Of a stretch of 64,000 nucleotides of DNA, positions 44,939 through 55,480 are shown piece after piece; positions within the stretch are counted from its first letter, which is position 1; each line of letters opens with the position of its first letter. The position numbers and the translations under genes were made by a program. The notes beneath the pieces were generated by a model. It worked only from the letters and a program-made list of their open reading frames with translations. It was not told where the DNA came from and searched no databases. The stretch is from Chloroflexota bacterium (GTDB lineage: Bacteria > Chloroflexota > UBA11872 > VXOZ01): NCBI GenBank assembly GCA_965221905.1, contig OZ244922.1, positions 2,400,001-2,464,000 on the forward strand, given 5' to 3'.

Positions 44939-45949
44939 GTGGCGAAGTACAAGATCATGGCACGGGGCCGACCCAATGTGCCTGGCGACTACACATTTGA
45001 GTTGGAGTCACTGAAGGGCGTGGATGCCCAGCTTGAGGAAGTCATCGCAGCGTCAGACGATGAGTTCGTGCATGGAGCGCAGGACGCTGACGCTCTCATA
45101 GTGAGGGGTGGGCCCGTTACAGAGAAAGTCATCAACGGGCTACAAAAGTGCAAGATCATCGCACTGGATAGTGTGGGCACTAATCACGTAGATATCTCGG
45201 CAGCTACGGCCAAGGGCATCCCGGTAACCAACTGCCCCGATATCAACATCCAGGAGGTTGCGGAACACACGGCGACGCTAATCCTGGCCGCTCACCGCCG
45301 GCTGCTGCTCATGGACAAAGTGGTCCGAGAAGGTGGCTGGTGGGAGGGACATCCACCTTTACGTCAGTTGCCCCGATTGTACGGTCAGACCCTTGGGTTT
45401 ATCTCCTTTGGAAATGTCCCCAGGGCCGTTGTGCCATTGATGAAGCCGTTTGGCCTCCGCCTCCTCGCCTACGATCCCTTCGTCATGGAGACCACAGTGA
45501 TTCAGCACGGGGTGGAGCCGGTCGGCTTGGAAGACCTGTTACAGCGGTCGGATATCGTCTCGAACCATCTGCCCGGATCCGGTGGCACGACCAAGATGAT
45601 TGGGGAAGAGCAATTCAGGCTGATGAAGCCCCAGGCGATATTCGTGAACACCGGCAGAGGCACCACCGTGGACGAGGCTGCTATGATACGGGCCTTGGAC
45701 GAAGGCTGGATAGCTCACGCAGCGCTGGACGTGCTGGAAAAGGAACCGCCTGATCCCAGCAATGCCCTGTTCAACATGGATAACGTCACTCTGACGCCCC
45801 ACGTGGCCTCTGCATCATCCAGGGTCTTCGAAGTGAGCAGACGTCGCGTGGGAATGGAGATCGCGCTGGTGCTGGGAGGCCGCTGGCCTATGTCTTGCGT
45901 TAATCCGTCGGTACTAAGCAACTCCGGCCTTCTGAAGTGGCAGTCCTAG
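44939..45949 (+). CDS. D-isomer-specific 2-hydroxyacid dehydrogenase (CtBP-like)
   Basis: GIPVTNCPD, AYDP, VNTGRG, ALDVLEKEP, LTPHVA. Confidence 0.9.
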   Translation: MAKYKIMARGRPNVPGDYTFELESLKGVDAQLEEVIAASDDEFVHGAQDADALIVRGGPVTEKVINGLQKCKIIALDSVGTNHVDISAATAKGIPVTNCPDINIQEVAEHTATLILAAHRRLLLMDKVVREGGWWEGHPPLRQLPRLYGQTLGFISFGNVPRAVVPLMKPFGLRLLAYDPFVMETTVIQHGVEPVGLEDLLQRSDIVSNHLPGSGGTTKMIGEEQFRLMKPQAIFVNTGRGTTVDEAAMIRALDEGWIAHAALDVLEKEPPDPSNALFNMDNVTLTPHVASASSRVFEVSRRRVGMEIALVLGGRWPMSCVNPSVLSNSGLLKWQS

Positions 45950-46042
45950 CCTTAGAACGGCCACACGAGTAGCCAAATAGTAGGCCCCGTCCATGCCTAT
46001 CTCGTACCGAGAGGGCTCAAGAGGCCGATAAGGAGAAAGTTC

Positions 46043-47680
46043 ATGAATGTCTTGGAGACGGTCGCCAGAATCCTGAAGTTGGAAGGCGTGGAGTGGGTCT
46101 CATGTTTTCCCTCCAACGAGCTTATCGAGGCCGTTGCCAGTGAAGGTATCCGCACCATCATGTTCAGGCAGGAACGTGGCGCAATCATGGCCGCCGACGG
46201 ATTCAGCCGTGTCAGTAACCGGAACAGATTCGGAGTGATCATTACCCAGGGAGGCCCCGGTGCGGAGAATTCCATGGGCGGTATCGCTCAGGCATTCGCT
46301 GATAGCGTTCCCATCCTGTACCTTACTGCGGGCCCAGCCCTGGACCGATACGCCGTTCGACCGGATTTTTCGCCTGTGCGCACCTATCAGAGCGTCTCCA
46401 AACGCGGCGAAGTCATCATGCAATCCAGTCAGGTTGCCAGCGCGATGCGCCGCGCGTTTCATGCCCTCCGTAACGGCACTCCCGGGCCGGTGATAATCGA
46501 GGTCCCCATAGATATGGATGATCAAGAGGTCCCGGAGGCGGCGGACTATCAGCCGCCCCGCCGGTCGCCACAACGTCCGTCAATCAACGATGTTAAGGAT
46601 GCTGCCAGATTGCTCTTGAACGCCAAGAAGCCGGTGATTTGGTCGGGAAAGGGAGTACTGTTTTCGGATGCAACCGGAGAACTGAAAGAGCTGGCCGAGC
46701 TTACCCAGATACCGGTGTTTAGCACCATGCCCGGCAAATCCTCCTTTGATGAGCGCCATCCCCTTTCTCTCGGCTCAGGCGGCGTAACAACAACCTTGCC
46801 TGCCCGGCGCTGGCTAGATGAATCCGATGTCCTTTTTGCCGTCGGTTCAAGTATGACCAGATCACCGTATGGACAGCCCATTCCCGATGGCAAGACCATC
46901 ATCCAAAACGTGGAGGGCATTGAAGACATCAACAAGGACTACTCGGTTTCCGTTGGACTGCCGGGGGACGCGAAACTCACCCTGCAGTTGATTATCGAAG
47001 AAGTGAAGGGGTTGATTGGCGAGACCGGACGGAAGGGACAGAGCCAGGTCTCAGCCGATATAGGTGATCTAAAAGCGCAGTGGCTGGACGAGTGGAAGCC
47101 GCTCCTAGAATCCGACGAAGTGCCCATCAACACCTACAGGGTAATCGGCGAGATGGACAAGACCCTTGACCGGGAAAACAGCATCGTTACCCATGATGCG
47201 GGCGCTCCCCGGGACACGATTTTGCCCTTTTACACCGCAACGGTCCCCCACAGCTACATAGGCTGGGGCAAGACTACCCACCTCGGCTTCGGCATCCCGT
47301 TGATGATTGGCGCCAAACTGGCGAATCCCGACAAATTCTGTATCAACTTTATGGGAGACGGTGCGTTCGGTATGTCGGGCCTCGACATCGAGACCTCTGT
47401 GCGGGCTAATGCCCCAATCACGACGGTTGTCCTAAACAACGGCGGCATGGCTACCTATCCGGGAGGGTATCCAACGTCGCGGAAACGGTTCGGCACCACC
47501 GAGATGACCGGTGACTACGCCAAAATTGCCGAGGGACTGGGTGCAGAGGGCATTACCGTCACAGACCCCTCCGAAATTGCTCCCGCTCTCATGAAGGCCC
47601 GACAACTAAACGCGGACGGCGCCACCGTGTTGCTGGACATTCACACCAACTTGGAAGGCCGCAGGTCGCGCTTCGACTAG
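46043..47680 (+). CDS. Thiamine pyrophosphate-requiring enzyme (acetolactate synthase-like)
   Basis: RQERGAIMAADG, GPGAEN, TPP motif MGDGAFG...LNNG. Confidence 0.9.
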   Translation: MNVLETVARILKLEGVEWVSCFPSNELIEAVASEGIRTIMFRQERGAIMAADGFSRVSNRNRFGVIITQGGPGAENSMGGIAQAFADSVPILYLTAGPALDRYAVRPDFSPVRTYQSVSKRGEVIMQSSQVASAMRRAFHALRNGTPGPVIIEVPIDMDDQEVPEAADYQPPRRSPQRPSINDVKDAARLLLNAKKPVIWSGKGVLFSDATGELKELAELTQIPVFSTMPGKSSFDERHPLSLGSGGVTTTLPARRWLDESDVLFAVGSSMTRSPYGQPIPDGKTIIQNVEGIEDINKDYSVSVGLPGDAKLTLQLIIEEVKGLIGETGRKGQSQVSADIGDLKAQWLDEWKPLLESDEVPINTYRVIGEMDKTLDRENSIVTHDAGAPRDTILPFYTATVPHSYIGWGKTTHLGFGIPLMIGAKLANPDKFCINFMGDGAFGMSGLDIETSVRANAPITTVVLNNGGMATYPGGYPTSRKRFGTTEMTGDYAKIAEGLGAEGITVTDPSEIAPALMKARQLNADGATVLLDIHTNLEGRRSRFD

Positions 47681-47820
47681 CCAACTCAGGACCGGTAAAC
47701 TCTAGACTGGAATATTGGGCAATCACCCTTAAGCAGATTGACTCTTGCACGCGATACAAATTGCAGTGAGTGTCCTAACGCTCCCATCGCTATGCTGCTC
47801 GTTCGGCGTTACGATGACTT

Positions 47821-48477
47821 GTGGAGGAAAGTACTTTGAAATTTGATGCTGAAAGCCATCTGAATGCAATGGAGCGCTCCGTGTCGTTTCTGGACCGCGA
47901 CGGACGACCCGCTAGCGCGGTCACGCTTTCCCGCAGCTACGCAACGGCGGTTGAAAACCTGTGGGACGCTGTAACGAACAGCGAGCGTATTCCGCGTTGG
48001 TTCACGGGTATCAGCGGCGAGCTTGCACTCGGGGGGCGCTATCAGTTGGAAGGCAATGCAGGCGGGGTGATCACGGCGTGTGAGGCACTATCGCACTACG
48101 AGCTTACGTGGGAATTCGCTGGAGACGTCAGTTGGGTGGCGGTACGTCTCACCGGCGTTGGAGCCGACGGCATACGGCTCGCGCTCACGCACACCGCGCT
48201 CCTGTCGCCACACTGGGACGCATACGGGCCGGGCGCGGTCGGCGTCGGTTGGGAGATGGGTTTCCTTGGCCTCGCGTTCCACGTCGCGCGGCCGCATGAG
48301 CCAAAGCCGGACGAAATGGCGTTTGCTACTTCACCGGACGGCAAGGCGTTCATCACCGGCAGCAGCGAAGGGTGGGCGCACGCTGCAATTGCAGCCGGCA
48401 CGAACCCCGAAATCGCAGGTGCTGCGGCGAAGCGCACGACCGCGTTTTACACCGGCGAATCTGCGGATCCCGAATGA
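47821..48477 (+). CDS. SRPBCC/AHSA1-like family protein
   Basis: LWDAVTNSERIPRWF, GGRYQLEGNAGG, GPGAVGVGWE. Confidence 0.85.
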   Translation: MEESTLKFDAESHLNAMERSVSFLDRDGRPASAVTLSRSYATAVENLWDAVTNSERIPRWFTGISGELALGGRYQLEGNAGGVITACEALSHYELTWEFAGDVSWVAVRLTGVGADGIRLALTHTALLSPHWDAYGPGAVGVGWEMGFLGLAFHVARPHEPKPDEMAFATSPDGKAFITGSSEGWAHAAIAAGTNPEIAGAAAKRTTAFYTGESADPE

Positions 48478-48581
48478 CACATGGGCGCTCTTGCGTCACA
48501 GCAAACCGGACAATATAGTGAGAATAACTACTGAATCCTTTGCAGTTTGTTCAGCAAATTGCCGTAGCAAAGGAGTACGTC

Positions 48582-49220
48582 ATGACGAAAGTAACTGCAG
48601 AACATAGAAGAGTCGGGTCTTCGTTCGCGATTGCAGCGATAGCCATCCTCGCGCTCGTGTTGGCATTCCTTTGGATGCTTGTAACCGTTGGACAAGTTTA
48701 CGCGTGTAAGTGTGTGACACCTGGAACTCCTACAGAAGAACTTGACAAATCTGAAGCGGTATTTGCAGGGAAAGTCTTTTCGGTTGTCCATTCCTATGAC
48801 CCAGAAGCAAAATCTGCCTCCCCTGAAGATCGCTCGACGATCGGCATGAATGTCAGCACCGTTTGGAAGGGAACCGTCCATGAGGTGATGTACATCACCA
48901 CACCGCCAACGGGTGGGAGTTGCGGGTTCACATTCGTCGAAGGAGAGGAGTACGTCGTGTACGCCTCCGACAGCCACTATGGTGACGACAGTTACACGGC
49001 TGGTATTTGCAGTCGAACTGCCCTCCTTGCGGAAGCGCAAACCGACATCGACGAGCTGGGAGAGGGTCAGGCTCCTCAAGCTGGCACGAGAGGCCCCGCG
49101 CCTGAGGAATCGGAAACCCCTGTAAGTGTTGGTTGGGCTTTTGCCTTGGTGCTTGCCGCAGCAATTCTCTTGGTGGGCTTGGGCGGATTCGTGGCTTATG
49201 CAAGAATAGGGCGTCGATAG
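48582..49220 (+). CDS. Membrane-anchored TIMP/NTR-like protein
   Basis: Signal/TM then YA-CKC, AVFAGKV, WKG, SCGF.F..GEEYVVYA, ICSRT; C-terminal TM; AGGAG SD. Confidence 0.7.
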   Translation: MTKVTAEHRRVGSSFAIAAIAILALVLAFLWMLVTVGQVYACKCVTPGTPTEELDKSEAVFAGKVFSVVHSYDPEAKSASPEDRSTIGMNVSTVWKGTVHEVMYITTPPTGGSCGFTFVEGEEYVVYASDSHYGDDSYTAGICSRTALLAEAQTDIDELGEGQAPQAGTRGPAPEESETPVSVGWAFALVLAAAILLVGLGGFVAYARIGRR

Positions 49221-49532
49221 GCCCCAGGCCGCACTTCCGGCATCTTCCACGCTCGGCCTGTCACAAACCATTTGGACCCGGCGCTGGGTCGCCGAATATG
49301 CCATGAATGACAGCCTTCCAACGGAGACTGTTGCCGAACTTCGGTCTTCCCTAACACGGCCCGCCACACATGAGTTGGCATCGATCTGACGAACAGGAAA
49401 CGTAGCAAGTCAAGTGGTTTCACCAAAAGTCGACCAGTCCGGGCTAGACAAAAAGCCGCGCCAGTGCTTTTGCTCAAGATTGAGAGCTTGCAAGATATTC
49501 TGCGGGTCTAATTCATAGCTTGGAGTCACATC

Positions 49533-50636
49533 ATGAGAATTCGCTCGAGTGAACCGGAGTGGGAAGGACCGCGGGCGCACGAAGTCGTGGCCGCAACAGC
49601 GCCGAAGGGTAACTATCGCGCTGCCGTGGTGGGCTGCGGGCGCATGGGCAGTACCATCGACGATGAGCACGTCGGCAAGCCCCACTATCCGTGGCCGTGG
49701 GCCCACGCCCCGGGGATCATCGAGGCGCGCAACGTGGAGCTTGTGGCCGGCGTGGACGTTGATCCCAAGCGACTCGCGTATTTTGGCGAACGCTGGGGCG
49801 TAAAGACCCTCTACGCCGACCTGCGAGAGATGGTGGCTAAAGAGCAACCTGACATCGTGTGCGTCACCACCGGGCCCGCAGAGCGCGCCGAGGTTGTCGA
49901 AGCTTTAGCGGAATCCGGCGTAAAGGCGATCTACGCCACTAAGCCCATGGCACGTACCCTCGCCGAAGCCGACTCGATGATTGAAACCTGCCGTCGCACC
50001 GGGACCATTCTCGCCATTGCCGCCCATCTCAATTGGTATGCGCCCTACACCAATGCGAAAGCCCTCATCGACAGCGGCGAAATTGGGGCGCTGCGCTCGA
50101 TGGTCTGCCATAGCCCGCTGCCCCTTTCCAACATTCACAGCCACACCCTATGTCTCTTTAGCCTATTTGCCGGAGCTCCGGCGCGGTGGGTCCAGGGACA
50201 CATGGACGACCCGGAAGCGGCTAAGACCAATGAAGACCAGCGCGGCTCCGGCATGATTGGATACGAAAACGGCGTATTGGGGTTCCTAAACTCCCACGCG
50301 GCCTGGCGGAGTTGGACCATGGAGTTTCACTGCGAGCGCGGCCGCGTCCTGACCCGCAACCACCACGCCTGGTTCGAGCTATGGGGTCGTGGTGAAGAAG
50401 AGCTGGATGGTGAGTTCCAACGCCAATTCCCGTTTCCATGGCATTCGCGTAGCTCGATGGTTGACGCCATCGAAGGCGTCGCTCGCTCAATCGAAGCAGG
50501 CGTCGAAACAACCTGCCCGGGCGAATTCGGCCGCGAGGCGCTAGAAATCGGCATCGCCATACGAGAATCCTACCGTCACGGTGTCCGCATGGAATTGCCG
50601 CTGCAAGACCGCAGCCTCCGCCTCGGCGGCAGCTAA
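49533..50636 (+). CDS. Gfo/Idh/MocA family oxidoreductase
   Basis: VVGCGRMG, PDIVCVTT, ATKPMA, GEIGAL. Confidence 0.88.
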   Translation: MRIRSSEPEWEGPRAHEVVAATAPKGNYRAAVVGCGRMGSTIDDEHVGKPHYPWPWAHAPGIIEARNVELVAGVDVDPKRLAYFGERWGVKTLYADLREMVAKEQPDIVCVTTGPAERAEVVEALAESGVKAIYATKPMARTLAEADSMIETCRRTGTILAIAAHLNWYAPYTNAKALIDSGEIGALRSMVCHSPLPLSNIHSHTLCLFSLFAGAPARWVQGHMDDPEAAKTNEDQRGSGMIGYENGVLGFLNSHAAWRSWTMEFHCERGRVLTRNHHAWFELWGRGEEELDGEFQRQFPFPWHSRSSMVDAIEGVARSIEAGVETTCPGEFGREALEIGIAIRESYRHGVRMELPLQDRSLRLGGS

Positions 50637-51076
50637 TCAGAATCGCATTGCCCTATAGCAGCGTCTGGGGCAAATCACTATGCTACAATGAACTAGGGAA
50701 AGGTTCGATATCAACGCAGGCAATACCCAACCAAATTGGGCGGCCATCGGCTAGAGATTGATGGAGATACGACCCGTTTGGTGTCGTTTCGCAAGTCAAC
50801 GATAACCGCTTTATGTTCCTCTCGTGTCTCCATCGCTACTAATCCAAGGGCAAGCTTGGGCAGATCAAATGGTTGTTTTAGCCAAACCTCGCCACACTTG
50901 TAGTGAGATTCTCCGGCGCGGGGTTACCCCAGTAGGCGGCTAACACGTCACCACGCTTGGCCGAGGGCAATTCTGCGGATTAGATCAACAGGATACGCGG
51001 TTACGGTACGACGGAGTACCGGTAAGCCGCCCAGACAGCAGTGCCGCTTTAGAACGGAATCAGCAAGGAGATCACG

Positions 51077-54040
51077 GTGCCCAGGTATTTGAAATTCAGT
51101 CTACTTACTCTCTTAATTGCGTTGCTAGCGGTGGTGCTGGCGGCGTGTAGCGTGCAGCCTCCGCCTGCGCCAGTGCCGGAACCCACGGCAACGACCGCGC
51201 CGGCTCCCACAGAAGTGCCCGCGCCTGCGCCTACGGCTGAGCCTGTTGCACCCACGCCCATTCCGGTTAAGTCACTTGCGCCTGACTCTCTGTTGCCGCT
51301 CGACCCGGTAGTGGTGCGAGGTACGCTAAGCAACGGACTCACCTACTACATTCGGCACAATGAAGAACCAAAGAACCGGGTGCAACTGATGATGGTAGTG
51401 CGCGCCGGTTCTGTGCTTGAGGAAGAAAGTGAGCGAGGTCTAGCCCATTTCGCCGAACATATGGCTTTCAATGGCACCGATCGTTTCGAGAAGCAGCAAA
51501 TCGTCGAGTATCTCGAATCAATCGGCACCCAATTCGGCCCGGACCTCAATGCTTCAACCGGTTTTGACACCACAACGTACGAGCTTGAAGTACCCACCGA
51601 TGATCCCGAAATCTTAGAAACCGCGTTCCAGATTCTGAGTGACTGGGCCTATGGCATCTCCTTCGAGCCGGAAGAAGTGGATAAGGAACGCTTGGTGGTC
51701 ATCGAGGAGTGGCGCGCACGGCTCGGGTACGGCGATCGCTTCTTTAACCATTGGGTTCCCTTAGTATTCGGCTCCTCGCGCTATACCGAACGCCTGCCTA
51801 TCGGCCTCCTTGAGGTTTTAGAGACTGCTCAGTCTGAAGACCTGCGGGCATTCTACGAGCGCTGGTATCGACCCAACCTGATGGCCGTGGTCATAGTGGG
51901 CGATGTCGACGTAGCCGAAGTGGAAGCTGCGATTAGCCGCCACTTTGCGCCGCCACCTGAAGGGGAGGCCACGCAAGAACGCGCCGCCGTGCAACCGCCT
52001 ACGGATCGGCCCCGCTACGAGGTACCGAGCCATGAAGAGGCGCGTGTGACGGTGTTTACCGATCCCGAGGCTACGGGCACGAGTGCGTTCTTAGTACGCA
52101 CGATTCCTTCCGGTTACGGCGAAACGTTGGCAGCCTATCGCGAGATTCTGGTAGAACGCTTGTCTTTCATGATGTTCAATGCGCGGCTGTTCGAGCTTAG
52201 CCGTACCCCGAACCCACCGTACCTTGGCGCGAATGGGGGACGCGGGGGTCTTGCAGATCCCGCGGATATACTCGTATTCTCGCTCGCGATTGATAAGGAC
52301 GGCGTGGAAGTCGGACTCAACGCTATGCTCGAAGAGCTCCAACGTGTGCGACAGCATGGCTTCACCACTTCCGAACTGGATCGTGAGAAAGTCAATTTGC
52401 TCAGCTTCATGGAAAGCTACTACGAGAGGCGCGGCCAACTGGATTCCAGATCGCTCGCCGAGGAGTATATCGAGCACTTCTTGAACGGCACGGTCGCACC
52501 GGGCGTCGAGATGGAATGGGAATTGGTCCAGGCCCTCTTACCGCAGATCACCCTGGATGAGGTTGACGCATTGGCGGGCTCTTGGAGCGAACCTGGCAAT
52601 ACAGTCCTGCTCGTGACCGGACCCGAAGATATTGGGCCGGGTACAAAGGACGAGCTGGCAGCGGCCGTAACGCAGCAGCTTGCAACTGCGCACACGCTGG
52701 AAGTGGCAGGCTACGAAGATGAAGCTGGCGACAAAGCTCTCTTGGAGGAAATTCCAACCGCCGGATTCATCACTGAGGAAGAAGCGATCGAATCTATCGA
52801 CGCCGTGCAATGGACGCTCTCCAACGGCATTACCGTTTTCGCCAAGCAGACCGACTTCAACAACGATCAGATTCTGTTCCGGTCCTTCAGCCCGGGAGGC
52901 AACTCCCTGGTGTCGGATGAGGACTACGTTTCTGCCGTGCATGCCGCCGCCCTGGTTGCTGGGAGCGGTGCGGGCGAACATGACCTAGTGACCTTGGACA
53001 AGCTGCTCGCAGGCAAGCGGGTCTCGTTATCACCGTACATTGGCACTCTATATGAAGGCTTCTCCGGCAGTTCTTCTCCCCAAGACCTAGAAACCTTATT
53101 CCAGTTGGTCACCCTGTATGCAACCGATCCGCGCATTGATCCGGTTTACTTTGATACGTACACGGCGAGAATGCGCGATATCGCGGAGACGCGCCTCACA
53201 GATCCGGACGAAGTGTTCTTTGACAAAGTGCGCGATGTCCTCAGCCAGGGGCACTTCCGAAGACGGCCGCTCACCCTTGAACTCGTGAATGAGATCAACA
53301 TGGAGCGCGCCTTGGCCGTATACAGCGACCGGTTTGCGGACATTGCCGACTCTACCTTTGTGATCGTGGGCGCCTTCGATTGGGATGCTCTCCGTTCGTT
53401 CACTGCTACCTACCTCGCCAGTTTGCCGAACTCCGGGCGCGTTGAGGAGTGGCGCGACCCCGAGATCGATCCGCCGTCAGGTCTGGTAGAACACACAGTC
53501 CGCCACGGCATTGAGCCCCGTAGCACTCAGGTCTTGGTATTTGCCGGCGATTTTGAGTGGAGCCGCGGGGAAGCACTGACCCTTGCCCTAATGGGTGATA
53601 TACTCCAGATCCGTTTGCGAGAAGCTGTGCGGGAGGAGGAAGGCGGCACCTACAGTATTGGCGTCAATGCCTCGAGTTCCTCTGCCCCTGACACTGAGTA
53701 CCAGGTTTATGCGCTGTTCGATAGTGACCCCGACCGCGTCGAAGAGCTCTTTGGAGTAGTCCTGGAGGAGATGGAGTGGTTGATCGATGGGGGTGAACAG
53801 AAATATCTCGACACCGCCAAAGAGCTTCTGCGCTCATCCAGAGAGGAGCGGCTACGCGAGAATTCGTTCTGGCTGAGCCAAATTGGCGCTATTGTCCAGC
53901 TTGACGATTCCTTTGATCTGATGAACACGTATGAAGACCGTTTGGATACGGTGACTCTCGACCAGATTGTGGCAGCAGCCGAGCGGTACCTTACGTTCGA
54001 CCGCTACATACGCATCGTACTCCACCCGGCAGAGGAATAA
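51077..54040 (+). CDS. M16 family zinc peptidase (PqqL-like) lipoprotein
   Basis: Lipobox LAAC, inverted zinc motif HFAEH, NAST, WYRPN, second LSNG repeat. Confidence 0.93.
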   Translation: MPRYLKFSLLTLLIALLAVVLAACSVQPPPAPVPEPTATTAPAPTEVPAPAPTAEPVAPTPIPVKSLAPDSLLPLDPVVVRGTLSNGLTYYIRHNEEPKNRVQLMMVVRAGSVLEEESERGLAHFAEHMAFNGTDRFEKQQIVEYLESIGTQFGPDLNASTGFDTTTYELEVPTDDPEILETAFQILSDWAYGISFEPEEVDKERLVVIEEWRARLGYGDRFFNHWVPLVFGSSRYTERLPIGLLEVLETAQSEDLRAFYERWYRPNLMAVVIVGDVDVAEVEAAISRHFAPPPEGEATQERAAVQPPTDRPRYEVPSHEEARVTVFTDPEATGTSAFLVRTIPSGYGETLAAYREILVERLSFMMFNARLFELSRTPNPPYLGANGGRGGLADPADILVFSLAIDKDGVEVGLNAMLEELQRVRQHGFTTSELDREKVNLLSFMESYYERRGQLDSRSLAEEYIEHFLNGTVAPGVEMEWELVQALLPQITLDEVDALAGSWSEPGNTVLLVTGPEDIGPGTKDELAAAVTQQLATAHTLEVAGYEDEAGDKALLEEIPTAGFITEEEAIESIDAVQWTLSNGITVFAKQTDFNNDQILFRSFSPGGNSLVSDEDYVSAVHAAALVAGSGAGEHDLVTLDKLLAGKRVSLSPYIGTLYEGFSGSSSPQDLETLFQLVTLYATDPRIDPVYFDTYTARMRDIAETRLTDPDEVFFDKVRDVLSQGHFRRRPLTLELVNEINMERALAVYSDRFADIADSTFVIVGAFDWDALRSFTATYLASLPNSGRVEEWRDPEIDPPSGLVEHTVRHGIEPRSTQVLVFAGDFEWSRGEALTLALMGDILQIRLREAVREEEGGTYSIGVNASSSSAPDTEYQVYALFDSDPDRVEELFGVVLEEMEWLIDGGEQKYLDTAKELLRSSREERLRENSFWLSQIGAIVQLDDSFDLMNTYEDRLDTVTLDQIVAAAERYLTFDRYIRIVLHPAEE

Positions 54041-54104
54041 ACCAAAAGCAACCATGCTGGCATGACTGAGCCACCGCGATGCCGTGCCGGCATGGATTTT
54101 GGTT
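54039..54104 (+). terminator. Long hairpin after the M16 peptidase
   Basis: AACCAAAA/TTTTGGTT and CCATGCTGGCATG/CGTGCCGGCATGG inverted repeats. Confidence 0.45.
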
Positions 54105-54412
54105 GTGATCGCCCCAGCGACCACACCTCGACGAACACGTGAAGCACCGTTTTTGCATGTGATGTCTCTCGCGGCTAATGGGACAATCTTTCTTTCGGTC
54201 TGCGACTCAGTAGGCCCCAAGCATTCATAGCAAGTCTCGGCATTTTTCCCTTTAGAAGCTTCAGCGCTTCTTCCTTGCAAGTCAACGATTGTCGACCGGG
54301 TGCTTTCTAGGCACATCGAGGCAATTGCTCTTCCCATGCTGCTCCGATTCGGCACATCGGAGCGTAAATCTCTTCTACGAATTCCTAAGAAGACCTCCCC
54401 TAGGAGATCCGC

Positions 54413-55363
54413 ATGAACGCCCGCGACTCATCTCCCCTCTGGCAAGATTGCAGACAGTTCCTCGACTATTGCGGGTACCTCAATCGTTCGCCGCAAACCG
54501 TTCGCACCTACGAACAGGTGCTCTCCGACTTTGCTGCCTACTGTACCAAGACTAATCGCCCGGTAACGTGCGTTGAAGACCTTACATTGCCCATAATCAC
54601 GGCGTTTCTTGCCTGGAAGCGCACGCACACAAGTGCATCGACCTTGGCAAAATATGCCTCGTGCCTGCGTAGTATGCTTCGTTACTTCAGCTTGCACGAG
54701 GACCGTGCCGTACTTGTCTACGACAAGATACAGCTCCCTAAGCTGCAACGCCACGCTCCTCGCAACGTGCCCACTGCCGAAGACATCGTGCATCTCTTCC
54801 GCTCTATCCCGCAGGACACGCCTCAAGGTCGGCGCGATCGTGCGCTCGTCATGCTCTTCTTCTCAACCGGAATGCGCCTGGCGGAACTCTGTGCGCTCGA
54901 CCACGCCGATCTGCCTTTGGAACGTCTCGGCACCGACCAACTGCTGCAGATCATCATAAGGGGCAAGGGCGACAAAGACCGGCCGGTCTTCCTCCAACAG
55001 GGCGCTCAACTGGCCGTTCGCGAGTACTTGGAGACCCGCGAGGATGAGTTTCCACCGCTTTTCATCCGCTACCGTCCCGGCATGACGGCGGAGGAAGACG
55101 CCCAAGATAACGAAAAGAGACTATCGCCGCGTATGGTACGCAAGATCATCACGCAACATGCCCGGCGGTCGGGAGTGGGGCATCTGGCGCCCCACGCGCT
55201 GCGGCATGGATTTGCCGTGGACTTATTGCGCAACGACGTGAATCTGCGTGTGATCCAAGAGCTCCTCGGCCATTCCAGCCTGTCTACGACGCAAATCTAC
55301 ACCCACTTGGTGAACCGCGCCCTGGCGGACGCAGTCCGTCATCGGGCCGATCCCGCGGTGTAG
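54413..55363 (+). CDS. XerC/XerD-family tyrosine recombinase
   Basis: RDRAL...TGMRLAEL, RGKGDKDR, PHALRH, LLGHSSLSTTQIYTH. Confidence 0.92.
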   Translation: MNARDSSPLWQDCRQFLDYCGYLNRSPQTVRTYEQVLSDFAAYCTKTNRPVTCVEDLTLPIITAFLAWKRTHTSASTLAKYASCLRSMLRYFSLHEDRAVLVYDKIQLPKLQRHAPRNVPTAEDIVHLFRSIPQDTPQGRRDRALVMLFFSTGMRLAELCALDHADLPLERLGTDQLLQIIIRGKGDKDRPVFLQQGAQLAVREYLETREDEFPPLFIRYRPGMTAEEDAQDNEKRLSPRMVRKIITQHARRSGVGHLAPHALRHGFAVDLLRNDVNLRVIQELLGHSSLSTTQIYTHLVNRALADAVRHRADPAV

Positions 55364-55480
55364 TCCGCCCTAGCGCAAAAGCGACGAACGTCAATTGAGG
55401 CTCGTGCACTCAGGCTGCTCTTAGGCAAAAGCGGTAGGTTGTCTAGCAATAATCGGTCTTCTAATGCCTGGAGGTTTGCA

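Noticed and set aside
50845-50931. c-di-GMP-I riboswitch suggested by GGGCAA and GCGGGGTTACC
   Set aside because: The GNRA-capped P2 and GACGCAAAG core are absent.
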